DNA of 58,885 nt, the filler included. It is 6 parts of 6 records of this genome, joined end to end, with 100 filler letters (N's around TTAATTAATTAA, not from the genome) between each part and the next. Parts side by side here need not be neighbours in the genome. Positions count along the whole stretch, not along the records: positions 14,915 to 26,324 come from SRR31147125_19957; positions 26,425 to 35,158 come from SRR31147125_19961; 4 more parts are not named here. The stretch is one strand, 5' to 3'. Below, piece by piece: positions 20,401-31,277 of the stretch (its first letter is position 1; every line of letters starts with the position of its first letter). A model generated the notes under the pieces. The model was not told where the DNA came from, ran no database searches, and saw only the letters and a list, made by a program, of their open reading frames with translations. The translations under genes and the position numbers were made by a program.

Positions 20401-22449
20401 TTCTTTTGAATCGGAAAAAAGTGCTTCGCCTGACATGCCATCCCAAAATTCATAATCAGCTGTTGTCTCGCCGCGAAACTGATGTGTTGAACCGTGCATG
20501 ATTATGGATCCACCTGATTTCTGCAGATAGTGAATTGTTTCCACGAAATCCGGTACATCCGACAGAGTTGCTGCCTCATTCAATTCCGGATTTAAATAAA
20601 AAGGCACGAGTGCGACTGAAAACGGTACTTTTTTAGATTCCAGATAATCTGCGATTTTCTTTATAGAGGTAATATCTGTTAGCGGACTGATATCTTCAAT
20701 TCTCACCAGAGCCAGTTTTCTCGGTTTATGATCCTCACGCACGATATCGTGGAGCAGATCACTCAGAACAATATGTCTGCCGCCCTCAATGACAAATGCC
20801 GTAGGCAAATCAGCAAAATACCAAAACGATCCGCTGCGGATAACATAAGGCAAGTCTTTCGTTCCATTTGTCATGGCAACCAGTTGATGACAAATGGATG
20901 AATCCAGAATGGCTACTTCATGGTAGGCAGGATCCAGTCTCTGCAGCGAATAGCCCTTATAACGTACCGAATTATACGTGGAGTCAAAATGGGCTTTTTT
21001 GTACTCGAAACCGAGAGGCTTTCCGTCGTTCATTTGCAAGAATTGCCCGACACCATAGTGTATCCAACATATGGTACCATCAAAATCAGATAGAGCTTTG
21101 AGAAAAACATGTGGGAATTGATAATGAGGATCAACACCGACGACAAAAACAGCATCTGTATCTAGCAAGTCCGGTGTTATAGCATTTTCAGCATTTATTT
21201 CTATTGTATGAATATTCGCTTTAAAATGACTTAACAGACTGGCCACTTGTTTAGCATCATTTTCACCCCTTGGATCATGGAAAACGAGAATATTTTTAGT
21301 GGGCACATACAACATAGCCTCTTTTATCGCGGCCCAGGCGTCTTGCTGATCCAGCAAATGACTGTCATAAATGTCAATATGTTCCATGCCTGCTTGTTTG
21401 GCCGAATAGATGCCCCTGGACAGCTTTTCAGCATCTACTTTGGTTTGGCCAAAGGATGTCAATTCCAGGTGTGCAATGACTTTTGCACGCCCATCAATCT
21501 GTTGCTGGACACTCTTTGCCGCTCCCAGTGTCCAGTCCGGAGTAAAAATATCTTTTTTCAGAGTTAAATCTGCCCACTGTTGCCACATGAGTTCAACATT
21601 TAACCAGTCAGGTTTTTCGTCAGCGTTCAGGATTCCGTTCAGATCAAATCCTGTTCGATCTCGCTGATCCTGAATGGAAAGGATTCGCCCATCTTCGTGA
21701 ATGCTGGCCACTGTTGTTACAGAAGCCTTTTTATCATATTCATGAATCAAACGGACAGAGGCGATGAGCGTCTCGGTTAATCCTTTTGAGGTAAAAAGAT
21801 CCTTACCCTTTATCTTTGTACAGGCATCACAATAACACTGATGTCCATTCCAGTTAATAATCGGCTCGGCGATATCTATTCCATCAATATCCTCATATCG
21901 TTCCAATAGCTCCCGGATGAGTCCCAGCCACCAATCGCGTACATGCGGATTGGCAGGACATAAAAAATAACTATCATTTGTAGGTCTGTAATCACTGCCG
22001 TCATTTATTTTTATCCGCCAGTTCGGATTTTTTTCCCAGGCAGCTTTATGCTGAAATGCCGGAAACCAGGCCAACACTTTCACATCATTCTTTTCAGCGG
22101 CCTGCACTATATGTTTGAGGAGATCCAGTCGGCCATAATCGGCTTCAACATTTAAATCATAGGAGGTTCTGTACTTGGCCCCATATATCGGATCATATGC
22201 TTTATAATAAACCGTATTAATCCCGGATTCTTTCCATTTCTTTACCAGCGATTCAGACATTTTATCAACCTTTTGATTCGAGTCGTAATAATAAGAGGGA
22301 TCAAAGCGAATCGCATTTATTTGATTGGGAATGGGATCGAGACTCAAATCCGCCTGGCCCGCTATACCGGATGAAATTTTAAAACAGATAAGGACAACCA
22401 ATAGTCCCTTAATAAATGGCAGAATTCGTGTTATTTTATGTCTTTTCAT
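17450..22449 (-). CDS. ~1666-aa secreted multidomain protein: GH-like TIM barrel + DUF2334/YdaL-like deacetylase + second GH-like barrel + C-terminal TM anchor; split by a frameshift near 19400
   Basis: ORFs 19351-22449 and 17450-19372 join by one extra A (LEKNSVFSQNIGIVQKDN); VLAWF...LCPANP.VR...YEDIDGIDIAE; RIEDISP, HGSTH, WETPHY, FFFHPF; VYAWFELP...WDGINFAE; hydrophobic helix + RRKR tail. Confidence 0.8.
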
Positions 22450-22952
22450 ATTTTATAATACCAGAGTTATTATAGCAATTATCAAGAACATTAAACTACA
22501 AGTTATTTCATAAAAAAGGATTGTATTGGCATCCACATCGTGTAAAATGTGATAATAATTCAATTCAATGTGACTTCCGGGATAGTATGACAAATACTGT
22601 GCCAACATCCCATTTGCTATAACAATCCCAGCAACACCTCTCATATTATTAATTATATTTACCTTAGATCCTTTTCCATCTTAACTTATTATTGTTAAAT
22701 GAGTTGCCATTACATTAATGTGTTTCAACAAGAAACATATTTCTTACTTTAATTACAGTATTGTAATATAACATACCTATACTGTATTTTTATCTTTTCC
22801 TGAAATGTATGGAATGCAAGGTGGGCAGGTCATTTAACGATATGACCTGAAATAATATCCCCTTTATTTAGAATGAATCAACACAGCCTTTGGAGTGTAA
22901 TAACTGTGTCATTACATTGAGTATGTCCTGATAGACAAATCCTCCTCTCAAA

Positions 22953-22973
22953 TCAAACAACACAGTTGTTTGA
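22953..22973 (-). terminator. Hairpin downstream of the Nudix gene
   Basis: TCAAACAAC-aca-GTTGTTTGA, about 30 nt after the stop. Confidence 0.45.
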
Positions 22974-23001
22974 CTCCAAAAAGCCCCCAAAACTCCAACC
23001 C

Positions 23002-23643
23002 CTACAACTCCAACAAAACCTCATGCGGAACAGCTCTCATTCTTCCCCAATCCGCCCATTTTTTATCCAGTTTTTGTAATTGTGCTATAACATGATTTAA
23101 TTCATCCATCTTAACCCAGCGAAAATCACTGATATCCTCGCTATCATCGGTGGGAACAGGAGTCAGGTCCATTGTATTAATTTTTACCAGAAAGGAAAGA
23201 AATCCCTGGCGTTTCCCCTGACATTTAAATTCGTAAAAAATAGTAGCCAAAAGTTTTTTGGTATAATTTGTAAAGCCTGTTTCTTCATAGACTTCACGAT
23301 CAATACAATCAGACACTTTTTCCCCATAGTGTAGACCACCTGTGGGTATTCTATAAATACCACCAGGATAAAATGACTTTGTATGCAGCAAAATATCGCC
23401 GTCCGGATTTTCAATCGCAAGGGCAACCTCACCACGTCGATTCCGTTTCTGCTGAATTAATTCCTGCCATTCTTCAAAGTAGGCGGGATTCATTTCAATC
23501 ACACTATGTTCACTTTTAAATGGTCCGAATGTTTTTTCCAGGTCAATTCGTTCGTTTTCTTGTAATAAATCAGTGTATAATGGTGACTGCCACATATCAT
23601 TTCGCTTCATTCGCTTTCTTTTCCACTCCAATTCCGGTTTCAT
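23002..23643 (-). CDS. Nudix hydrolase
   Basis: Nudix box GGLHYGEKVSDCIDREVYEETG. Confidence 0.9.
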   Translation of the reverse strand: MKPELEWKRKRMKRNDMWQSPLYTDLLQENERIDLEKTFGPFKSEHSVIEMNPAYFEEWQELIQQKRNRRGEVALAIENPDGDILLHTKSFYPGGIYRIPTGGLHYGEKVSDCIDREVYEETGFTNYTKKLLATIFYEFKCQGKRQGFLSFLVKINTMDLTPVPTDDSEDISDFRWVKMDELNHVIAQLQKLDKKWADWGRMRAVPHEVLLEL

Positions 23644-23694
23644 TTCTTACATATAACATATTTCTCGATTATAAGAATAACAACAATAATTCAG

Positions 23695-23782
23695 ACAAAG
23701 CCACCTGGAGCAAAAGTTACGAATAATCCAGATTAAAATTGAAATCGAAAAATTCGCAAATTTTAGTTCCAAATGGCTTTGC
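23695..23782 (-). other. Long imperfect RNA-type hairpin (candidate structured RNA or repeat element)
   Basis: Minus strand GCAAAGCCAUUUGGA pairs with UCCAGGUGGCUUUGU (15 bp, 3 G-U); inner AAAAUUUGCGAAU/AUUCGUAACUUUU. Confidence 0.55.
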
Positions 23783-23883
23783 GTTATGTCAAATTCATAA
23801 ATATTAAATATGATAGCTTACTATTCTAAAACAGATGGTCATTTTTCATTAGATAATATTTAACCGTCGTAAAAAAATCAAAT

Positions 23884-24753
23884 TCAGGCCAGGACACTCT
23901 TTGTAACCTGACCAATTTCTGCCGGACTCTTACACACGGCAACCCCGGCATCCTGCAATGCTTTCATTTTCTCAGCAGCTGTACCCTTACCGCCGGCTAT
24001 AATAGCACCGGCATGACCCATGCGGCGTCCCGGAGGTGCAGTTTGACCGGAAATAAAGCTGACCACAGGTTTTGTCATATTCTGTTTTATAAACTCAGCC
24101 GCTTCTTCCTCTGCACTGCCTCCAATTTCTCCTATCATAACAACCGCATCGGTTTCGTCATCTTCATTAAACAATTTTAGCGCGTCGGTAAAGTTGGTAC
24201 CGATAATCGGATCTCCGCCAATTCCGATACACGTACTCTGACCAAGCCCAACTTGACTCAGTTGATGCACAGCCTCATATGTCAATGTACCGCTACGGGA
24301 GATAACACCAATCCGGCCCTGGTTATGTATAAAACCCGGCATAATACCGATCTTGCATTTACCTGGGGAAATAATACCCGGGCAATTGGGGCCAATCACT
24401 CTTGTTTTTCGGCCGGATAGATATTCAAAGGCATTCATCATGTCCATTGTGGGAATACCTTCGGTAATACAAACAGCCAGATCCATGCCTGCATCCGCTG
24501 CTTCCATGATGGCATCTGCGGCAAATTGGGCCGGGACAAATATGACAGAAACATCAGCGTCTTGTTCCCGGACTGCTTCCATGACGGTATTATAAATGGG
24601 CACGCTTTCAAAGTGTTGCCCTCCCTTGCCTGGAGTCACCCCTGCAACGACATTGGTTCCATATTCGATCATTTGGCGGGTATGAAAGGATCCTTCACCA
24701 CCGGTTATGCCCTGAACAACGACACGTGATTTTTCATTGACCAGTACACTCAT
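23884..24753 (-). CDS. sucD: Succinyl-CoA ligase alpha subunit
   Basis: [36 protein letters not shown] (phospho-His). Confidence 0.98.
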   Translation of the reverse strand: MSVLVNEKSRVVVQGITGGEGSFHTRQMIEYGTNVVAGVTPGKGGQHFESVPIYNTVMEAVREQDADVSVIFVPAQFAADAIMEAADAGMDLAVCITEGIPTMDMMNAFEYLSGRKTRVIGPNCPGIISPGKCKIGIMPGFIHNQGRIGVISRSGTLTYEAVHQLSQVGLGQSTCIGIGGDPIIGTNFTDALKLFNEDDETDAVVMIGEIGGSAEEEAAEFIKQNMTKPVVSFISGQTAPPGRRMGHAGAIIAGGKGTAAEKMKALQDAGVAVCKSPAEIGQVTKSVLA

Positions 24754-24799
24754 TTTATTCTCCAAAAATAATTATTCTCTTTTCAATGATTAATATCGC

Positions 24800-25960
24800 C
24801 TAATTCAATGCCTGAACAACCTTTCCTGCAGCATCACTGAGATCATGTGCCACAATAAATTCCATTTTGGAACTTTGCAGCAATTCCGCCGCTTCCTCGG
24901 CATTTGTACCTGCCAAACGAACGACAATCGGTAATTTTACACCGACCTTTTTACTTGCTTCGATGACCCCTTTTGCAACGCGATCACAACGGACAATACC
25001 GCCAAAGATATTAATCAATATAGCCCGGACATTTTTATCAGACAAAATAATACGAAAACCGTTTTCAACCGTCTCAGGTGAAGCACCACCGCCCACATCC
25101 AGAAAATTAGCTGGTTCGGATCCGGCCAGTTTTATAATATCCATGGTGGCCATAGCCAGTCCGGCTCCATTGACCATACAGCCAACCTGGCCATCTAATT
25201 TAATATAATTGAGATTATACTTTGACGCTTCAACTTCCAAGGGTTCTTCTTCATCCAGGTCCCGCATGTCCAGAATATCCGGATGCCGGAAAAGCGAATT
25301 ATCATCGATATTTATTTTCAGATCCAGTGCCACTAATTCATCGTCAGAAGTAATAATCAATGGATTTATTTCTGCCAGGGAACAGTCATTTGCCATATAG
25401 GCCTTGTAAAGAGTCATAAAAAACTTTACGCCAGCTTTGAACAAATTCCCTTGCAGGCCCAATGCAAAAGCAAGATATCGCGCCTGAAAAGCCTGAAGAC
25501 CCACCGCACGGTCGATATAAACTTTGACAATTTTTTCCGGCATCTCCGCCGCTACCTTTTCTATTTCCACGCCACCTTCTGTACTCACCATAAAAACTAA
25601 CTGACTGGTAGCACGATCAAGGACAATTCCAGCGTATAACTCTTTTTTAATATCTGCAGTCTCGGTTATTAATATTCGACGAACGATCTTACCTTCTGCC
25701 CCGGTTTGCGGGGTTACCAATTTCATACCAAACATAGACCTGGAAACTTTTTCCGCTTCCTCAGGACTTTTTACTATTTTTATCCCACCGGCTTTGCCGC
25801 GCCCTCCAGCGTGAACCTGGGCTTTTAAAACCAATGAATCAACTCCAAGTTCCTCAGCGATCGTTCTGACCTCTCCGGGATTAAACGCAACAGCACCCTT
25901 TTGAACGGGCACGCCATGTTTGGCCAAAAGCTCTTTTGCCTGGTATTCGTGGATTTTCAT
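24800..25960 (-). CDS. sucC: Succinyl-CoA ligase beta subunit
   Basis: MKIHEYQAK, KAQVHAGGRGKAGG, EINPL, NGAGLAMATMD, NFLDVGGGA, NIFGGIVRCD. Confidence 0.98.
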   Translation of the reverse strand: MKIHEYQAKELLAKHGVPVQKGAVAFNPGEVRTIAEELGVDSLVLKAQVHAGGRGKAGGIKIVKSPEEAEKVSRSMFGMKLVTPQTGAEGKIVRRILITETADIKKELYAGIVLDRATSQLVFMVSTEGGVEIEKVAAEMPEKIVKVYIDRAVGLQAFQARYLAFALGLQGNLFKAGVKFFMTLYKAYMANDCSLAEINPLIITSDDELVALDLKINIDDNSLFRHPDILDMRDLDEEEPLEVEASKYNLNYIKLDGQVGCMVNGAGLAMATMDIIKLAGSEPANFLDVGGGASPETVENGFRIILSDKNVRAILINIFGGIVRCDRVAKGVIEASKKVGVKLPIVVRLAGTNAEEAAELLQSSKMEFIVAHDLSDAAGKVVQALN

Positions 25961-26324
25961 TTATCCTCCCAATAGGATTCAAATTATGAGTTTATCTTGA
26001 AATCGATCTAACTTTAGTGATTTGAACAGGAAAAATCAAGTTAAAAGGACTATCTAAACAAAAAAATACATTTTTTCACATAAAACAGGGGAAAAGATGA
26101 CACCACCAACTATTTTTAAAAACGCCTTGACGCTTAGCACATAAAATCAAGAATCAACCTATTATATTATTAATTATTTAGTTCAATGTTTTTAAACAAA
26201 AGCAAAGTCAATTTATTCATTTTACTTCATTGCTAATAGACCTCGGATGAAATGAATAATACGAATAAAGACGAAAAAAACAGAATACCCTGGTTCCCAA
26301 TCCAGAGCGGACAATGATTGCAAA

Positions 26325-26424
26325 NNNNNNNNNNNNNNNNNNNNNNNNNNNNNNNNNNNNNNNNNNNNTTAATTAATTAANNNNNNNNNNNNNNNNNNNN
26401 NNNNNNNNNNNNNNNNNNNNNNNN
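26325..26424. other. Artificial contig spacer
   Basis: N44-TTAATTAATTAA-N44. Confidence 0.99.
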
Positions 26425-26518
26425 AAAAAATAAGTAAAAAAATAGATTGTCCTATTTTTTTTACGATATTAAACCCTGATTAAATGTCTCTGCACAAAAA
26501 CATTCGGAAGGAGCTGTT

Positions 26519-28752
26519 TTGAAATCCAATAAACTTGTCCTCATCTCGCTTTTGTCCATCACGCTGATCTCCCTGGAAATAGTATGGACAAGGATCTTTT
26601 CAGCGGAATTTTATTACACATTTGCATTTCTCATTTTATCCCTGGCTATTCTGGGTATGGGATTGGGAGCCCTGACATTGCGCCTTGTATCCTTTTTAAA
26701 CCAGGAAAAACGTTTGAGTCTTTTGTTGTCTCTTACCGCTTTTTTCGCCCTCATTGGACCACCCGTTGTACTGCATATCGGGTTGGATTTCTCCAAACTG
26801 CTAACAAGTTGGATGATGGTGATTAAATTTGTCTTTACGATCCTTCTATTAAGCTCTTCCTTCTTTACTGGTGGAATCGCGTTGGCACTGCTTTTCAAAA
26901 TCTATCATAAGGATATGCCGAAATTATATATGGCTGATCTTTTAGGTGCGGGTGGTGGTGTTGCGCTGGCGGTTTTCCTCATGAATGGTGTTGGTACTCC
27001 GGTCGCCACGACATTGATTTGTTTACCCATCATTGTGGCGGCTTTTTTATGCTCAAGAAACTGGCAAAAAATAGTGCCAGTCGCTCTTACTATCGGAGTT
27101 GTGTGTTTTTCCTTTTTTGCGAATACTGTTCTGGATAAACCCAGAGAAGAAAGAGCGCCGGTTATTTATAAACACTGGGATGCTATGGCCAAGATAAAAA
27201 TATTCAATTTCGATGAGCAATACCACGGCATCAATATTGACAATTTGGCAAACAGCCCTGTTTTTAAATTTGATGGTAATTGGGATAGACCGGATTCGAT
27301 GCGGTACGAGTTTGGTATTAATGTGAAATATTTGATTGAACGGGCAGATTCCTGTACTTTTTTGTCATTAGGTGCTGGTGGAGGAGGGGATGTGTTACAA
27401 GCTTTGCAGGAAGGTGCTACTGAAGTCCATGCTGTGGAAGTAAATTCTTTAATAAATAATCTGATGTTAGAAGGTGATCTGGCGGAATTTTCCGGGCATA
27501 TTTACAATGATCCGCGGGTAAAGGTTGTCACAGAGGATGCACGTGCCTACGTAAGGAGATTTCATAATAAATTTGATCTCATTTATTCTTTAAGTTCAAA
27601 TACATTTGCTGCGCTGGCTTCCGGTTCCTTTGCCCTGGCTGAAAACTACCTGTTTACAACTGAGGCATACAAGGATTATTATCAGTCCCTGTCCCCCAAT
27701 GGTTTTATGATGATGGAACACCAGTTTTATATGCCACGTATTGCCAGTGAGGTATTGGATGCGCTTACAGATCTGGGTATTAAAGATCCACAGTCTCATA
27801 TTGCTATATATGATTTACCTCGCATGCGTAGAAATATGCTTTTGCTGAGCAAAGCACCCTTGACAGAGGAAATCCGCCAGAACGCGTTTGGGGAATTGAC
27901 TCCTGAAAAATATGAGGATATTCATTTACTTTATCCTGCAGCGGATTCCATATCCGGAAACCTGATCAATCGTATTGTTTTAAACGGATGGAAAACAGAA
28001 GCGGACAGCTCACTTATCGACATATCCCCTTGCACGGACAACCGCCCTTTTACCGCCCAATTAGGATTATGGCGGAATTTGAAATGGATCAGCTTAAAGA
28101 ACTGAAACCTTTTGAATTTAAAGGGTTTCCTTTGTCCAAATTACTTGTGACAATTATTTTGCTTATTATCTTTTTCTTAATATTGCCACTGAATTTACTA
28201 CCCTACTTTATAAAGGGAGAAAAGTTACGAGCCATTCCCTGGTTGTACTTTTTTGTTATTGGTATGGCTTTTATGATTGTTGAGGTCGTTCTCATTCAAA
28301 AATATACTCTGTTTATTGGCCCATCCTCCTATACCTTTATGACCATTTTGTTGACTTTACTGGTAGGATCTGGTATAGGTAGCCGGTTTTCGCCCAAAGT
28401 AAAGGATTATGTGCCGTTTGTAGGAATTATTGTCTGGATACTCCTCGAAATAGTTGTTTTAAACCAGGTAAAGTATGCTCTGGGTGGAATAACCATGATA
28501 CCAAGAATCTTTGTTTCCATGCTTTTTATTCTACCGCTGGCATTTTTTATGGGTATGCCTTTTCCCAAAGCAACCAAAAGAGTGGGAGAACTGGTGGACT
28601 GGGGTTTTGCTGTAAACGGTGCTGCATCTGTTCTCGGATCCACTGCTATTATTATTGTATCCTTTAGCTTTGGTTTTAATGTTGCCCTGGCATGTGGCGC
28701 TGGATTGTATTTCCTGGCTCTGGTTTTTATACAAGCTGAGAAAAGGTGGTAA
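26519..28752 (+). CDS. Polytopic membrane protein with a central spermidine-synthase-like SAM-binding domain; split by a frameshift near 28086
   Basis: 7 N-terminal TM segments, LY.ADLLGA, GAGGGGDV, VEVN, EDAR, ENYLFT.EA, TDNRPF, then 6-7 TM with GMPFP and NGAASVLGS; one added G restores LKWDQLKE. Confidence 0.82.
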
Positions 28753-28800
28753 ATGAGTTTAGATATGTAACAAGATTCTGCGTTTTATCTAATATTTTTA

Positions 28801-28856
28801 ATTTCACTATTTATGCCACTTTCACCGCTCGGTGAAAATGGTATAAATAGTGAAAT
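28801..28856. repeat. Near-perfect 27-bp-arm palindrome
   Basis: ATTTCACTATTTATGCCACTTTCACCG-ct-CGGTGAAAATGGTATAAATAGTGAAAT, 2 non-Watson-Crick positions. Confidence 0.85.
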
Positions 28857-28866
28857 AAGTAGTTGA

Positions 28867-28911
28867 GCGCTGCAGAGATATTTGTAATCTTCTCTGTAGC
28901 GTTTTCTTTTT
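28867..28911 (+). terminator. Intrinsic terminator
   Basis: GCGCTGCAGAGA...TCTCTGTAGCGT followed by TTTCTTTTT. Confidence 0.75.
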
Positions 28912-29234
28912 ACCCCATAGAAAATTTTTTTACGATAATTCCCAAACAATCACAATAAAATGAATCACGGAGAAAAATCTAATAAAAGGATTACGTGTTG
29001 CTACGCCGGGATAATTTATAAATCGATATTGATTCCATTTGTTTAAAAACTTATATTAATTTATAATAATTTGTATCAATATTTTATTGCATTACACAAT
29101 CGTAAAATTTAGAAAAATACCGCCCAGGCAGCATTAATTTGGTGTATTTTCAAATTGTATCGGGTGAAAAAGCAAAATATTAAAACAAGTCAAAAGATAT
29201 TTAATGCTTTACAAATAATGGGATCAAATACAAA

Positions 29235-31154
29235 ATGACAGAAAACAGAAGAGACTTTTTCAAAATAGTTTTAGGTGGATCAGCCTCGCTGCTGACTATG
29301 CCTGAATTCTTGCCACAGCAAACATACGCGCAAGATAGAGCGAAAAGCGACGTGAAATATCATACCGAGAAATTCTCCTTTGAACAAAAATCCCTGAAAG
29401 CAGATGTCCTTGTCGCTGGTGGCGGCTTGTCAGGGGTATGCGCTGCTATTGCAGCCGCACGAAACGGCGCTTCTGTTGTACTGGTCCAAAACCGGTCCCG
29501 GTTGGGCGGAAATGCCAGCAGTGAAATTCGCATGCATGTCTTGGGCGCCAATAATCATGAACCAACCAAAATCTGGCGCGAAACCGGAATCATTGAGGAA
29601 CTAAAGCTCACAGAAGCAGCCACCAACCCACAACGATCATTTGAAATCTGGGATTTTATTCTTTACGATAAAGTGATATCAGAGAAAAATATCACTCTAT
29701 TGCTGGACACCTCTGTCATTGATGCTTCGGTGAAGGGTGACACAATAAATAGCATCAGGGCGATCAGTCCGCTTTTGGAAGAATATTATGATATAGAAGC
29801 AGACTTTTTTATTGATTGTACCGGAGACGCAACATTGGCGGCCGTGGCTGGTGCTCAATATATGCGGGGTCGGGAAGGTCAGGATGTTTTTGGCGAATCT
29901 CTGGCTCCGCTAAAAAGCGACAACAAGACCATGGGCAATTCGCTGATGTTTTTTTCCAAACAGCACGATCAGCCAATGCCCTTTAAAAAACCGGATTGGG
30001 CCAGGACTTTTACAAAAAAAGATTTCCAGCACCGGGGTATTCGATCCTGGGAATATGGTTATTGGTGGATCGAGCTGGGTGGGGAAATGGACACCATAAA
30101 AGATAACCGCACGCTCAGACATGAACTGTTAAAAGTTGTTTTTGGTGTATGGGATTACATCAAAAACAGCGGTGAATATCCGGCATCTGCAAATTGGGCT
30201 CTTGACTGGGTTGGCATGATCCCCGGAAAACGTGAAAGTCGGCGGATAATGGGAGATCATATCATGATCCAGCAAGAGATGGAGAACGCTGACCTCTATA
30301 TGGATAGAGTCGCTTATGGCGGCTGGCCAATTGATGATCATGCACCTGAGGGTATGAATAAGACAGATCAAAAACCGAACATATCCATAAAATTTCTAAA
30401 ACCGTATCAAATACCGCTGCGTTCACTCTATAGTAAAAACAGACCAAATTTACTCATGGCCGGTCGCAATATTAGCGCCTCTCACGTTGCATTTTCCTCC
30501 ACACGTGTTATGGCTACCTGTGCAACCATGGGACAGGCAGCCGGTACAGCATCCGCCTGGTGTAAACACAATAAATGTTTTCCAAAAGATATCGTGGCAA
30601 GTCAAAACGACTTGTTTGCATTTCAACAAATGCTTTTAAAAAATGATCAGTCGTTAATTAATATTAAAAATGAAGATCCCAATGATTTAGCCAGAAAGGC
30701 TAATATTAAGGCTTCTTCAGAGACCAAAGATGGTAAAGCTCAATATGTCACCGACGGTTGGAATCGTAATATAGAAGATGGGAAAATTCATCAGTGGCAA
30801 GCCCCGATGACTGCTGGAGAATCCTGGATAGAACTGGAGTGGGATACACCGCAAAACATCAGCGAGATTCAAATAACTTTTGATACGGGGTTGAACCGGA
30901 AACTTTATTTATCCGGTCAGGATAGTGAATATAACAAACAAATCAGAAAAGCTCAGCCTGAAACGATTTCAGATTATACGATTGAGGCCGTAATTTCAGG
31001 GCAAGTTATTTCCCTTGTTACAACCAAAGATAATTTTTTACGTCTGAATTGTCATAAAATCAAACCTGTCAGCACCGGGAAACTACGAATCAGGATTCAG
31101 AAAACGAATGGTGATAAATTAGCTCGAATTTTCGAAATAAGATGTTATGCCTAA
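29235..31154 (+). CDS. Tat-exported FAD-dependent oxidoreductase (FAD_oxidored family) with a C-terminal discoidin/CBM32-like domain
   Basis: NRRDFFK Tat motif; VAGGGLSGVCAA; LGGNASSE; DCTGDA; GKRESRR; AGRNISASHVA; STRVMATC; C-terminal WIELEW...IFEIRCY. Confidence 0.9.
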   Translation: MTENRRDFFKIVLGGSASLLTMPEFLPQQTYAQDRAKSDVKYHTEKFSFEQKSLKADVLVAGGGLSGVCAAIAAARNGASVVLVQNRSRLGGNASSEIRMHVLGANNHEPTKIWRETGIIEELKLTEAATNPQRSFEIWDFILYDKVISEKNITLLLDTSVIDASVKGDTINSIRAISPLLEEYYDIEADFFIDCTGDATLAAVAGAQYMRGREGQDVFGESLAPLKSDNKTMGNSLMFFSKQHDQPMPFKKPDWARTFTKKDFQHRGIRSWEYGYWWIELGGEMDTIKDNRTLRHELLKVVFGVWDYIKNSGEYPASANWALDWVGMIPGKRESRRIMGDHIMIQQEMENADLYMDRVAYGGWPIDDHAPEGMNKTDQKPNISIKFLKPYQIPLRSLYSKNRPNLLMAGRNISASHVAFSSTRVMATCATMGQAAGTASAWCKHNKCFPKDIVASQNDLFAFQQMLLKNDQSLINIKNEDPNDLARKANIKASSETKDGKAQYVTDGWNRNIEDGKIHQWQAPMTAGESWIELEWDTPQNISEIQITFDTGLNRKLYLSGQDSEYNKQIRKAQPETISDYTIEAVISGQVISLVTTKDNFLRLNCHKIKPVSTGKLRIRIQKTNGDKLARIFEIRCYA

Positions 31155-31277
31155 ATTCATATGTGTATATAGTGAATAGTGGTGTGTCGTAATAAATATT
31201 ATCAGTTTGGTGATAAATATCTGAATTAATTGACACAACAGTTTAAAAAGGGTTTAGAGAATGGAGTAGATGAAGAT

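Noticed and set aside
6214-22449. GGDEF/EAL gene as c-di-GMP regulator of the EPS operon
   Set aside because: The two lie on different contigs from different organisms, separated by a spacer
22645-22710. Stop-codon readthrough ORF (MATHLTIIS*DGKG...) upstream of the EPS operon
   Set aside because: Single in-frame TAA, no recognisable homology, and no other sign of recoding in this contig
23755-23790. c-di-GMP-I riboswitch (ACGCAAAGCC on the minus strand)
   Set aside because: The upstream GGCAAA and GAAA-tetraloop P2 stem are absent; the segment is better explained as one arm of a long hairpin
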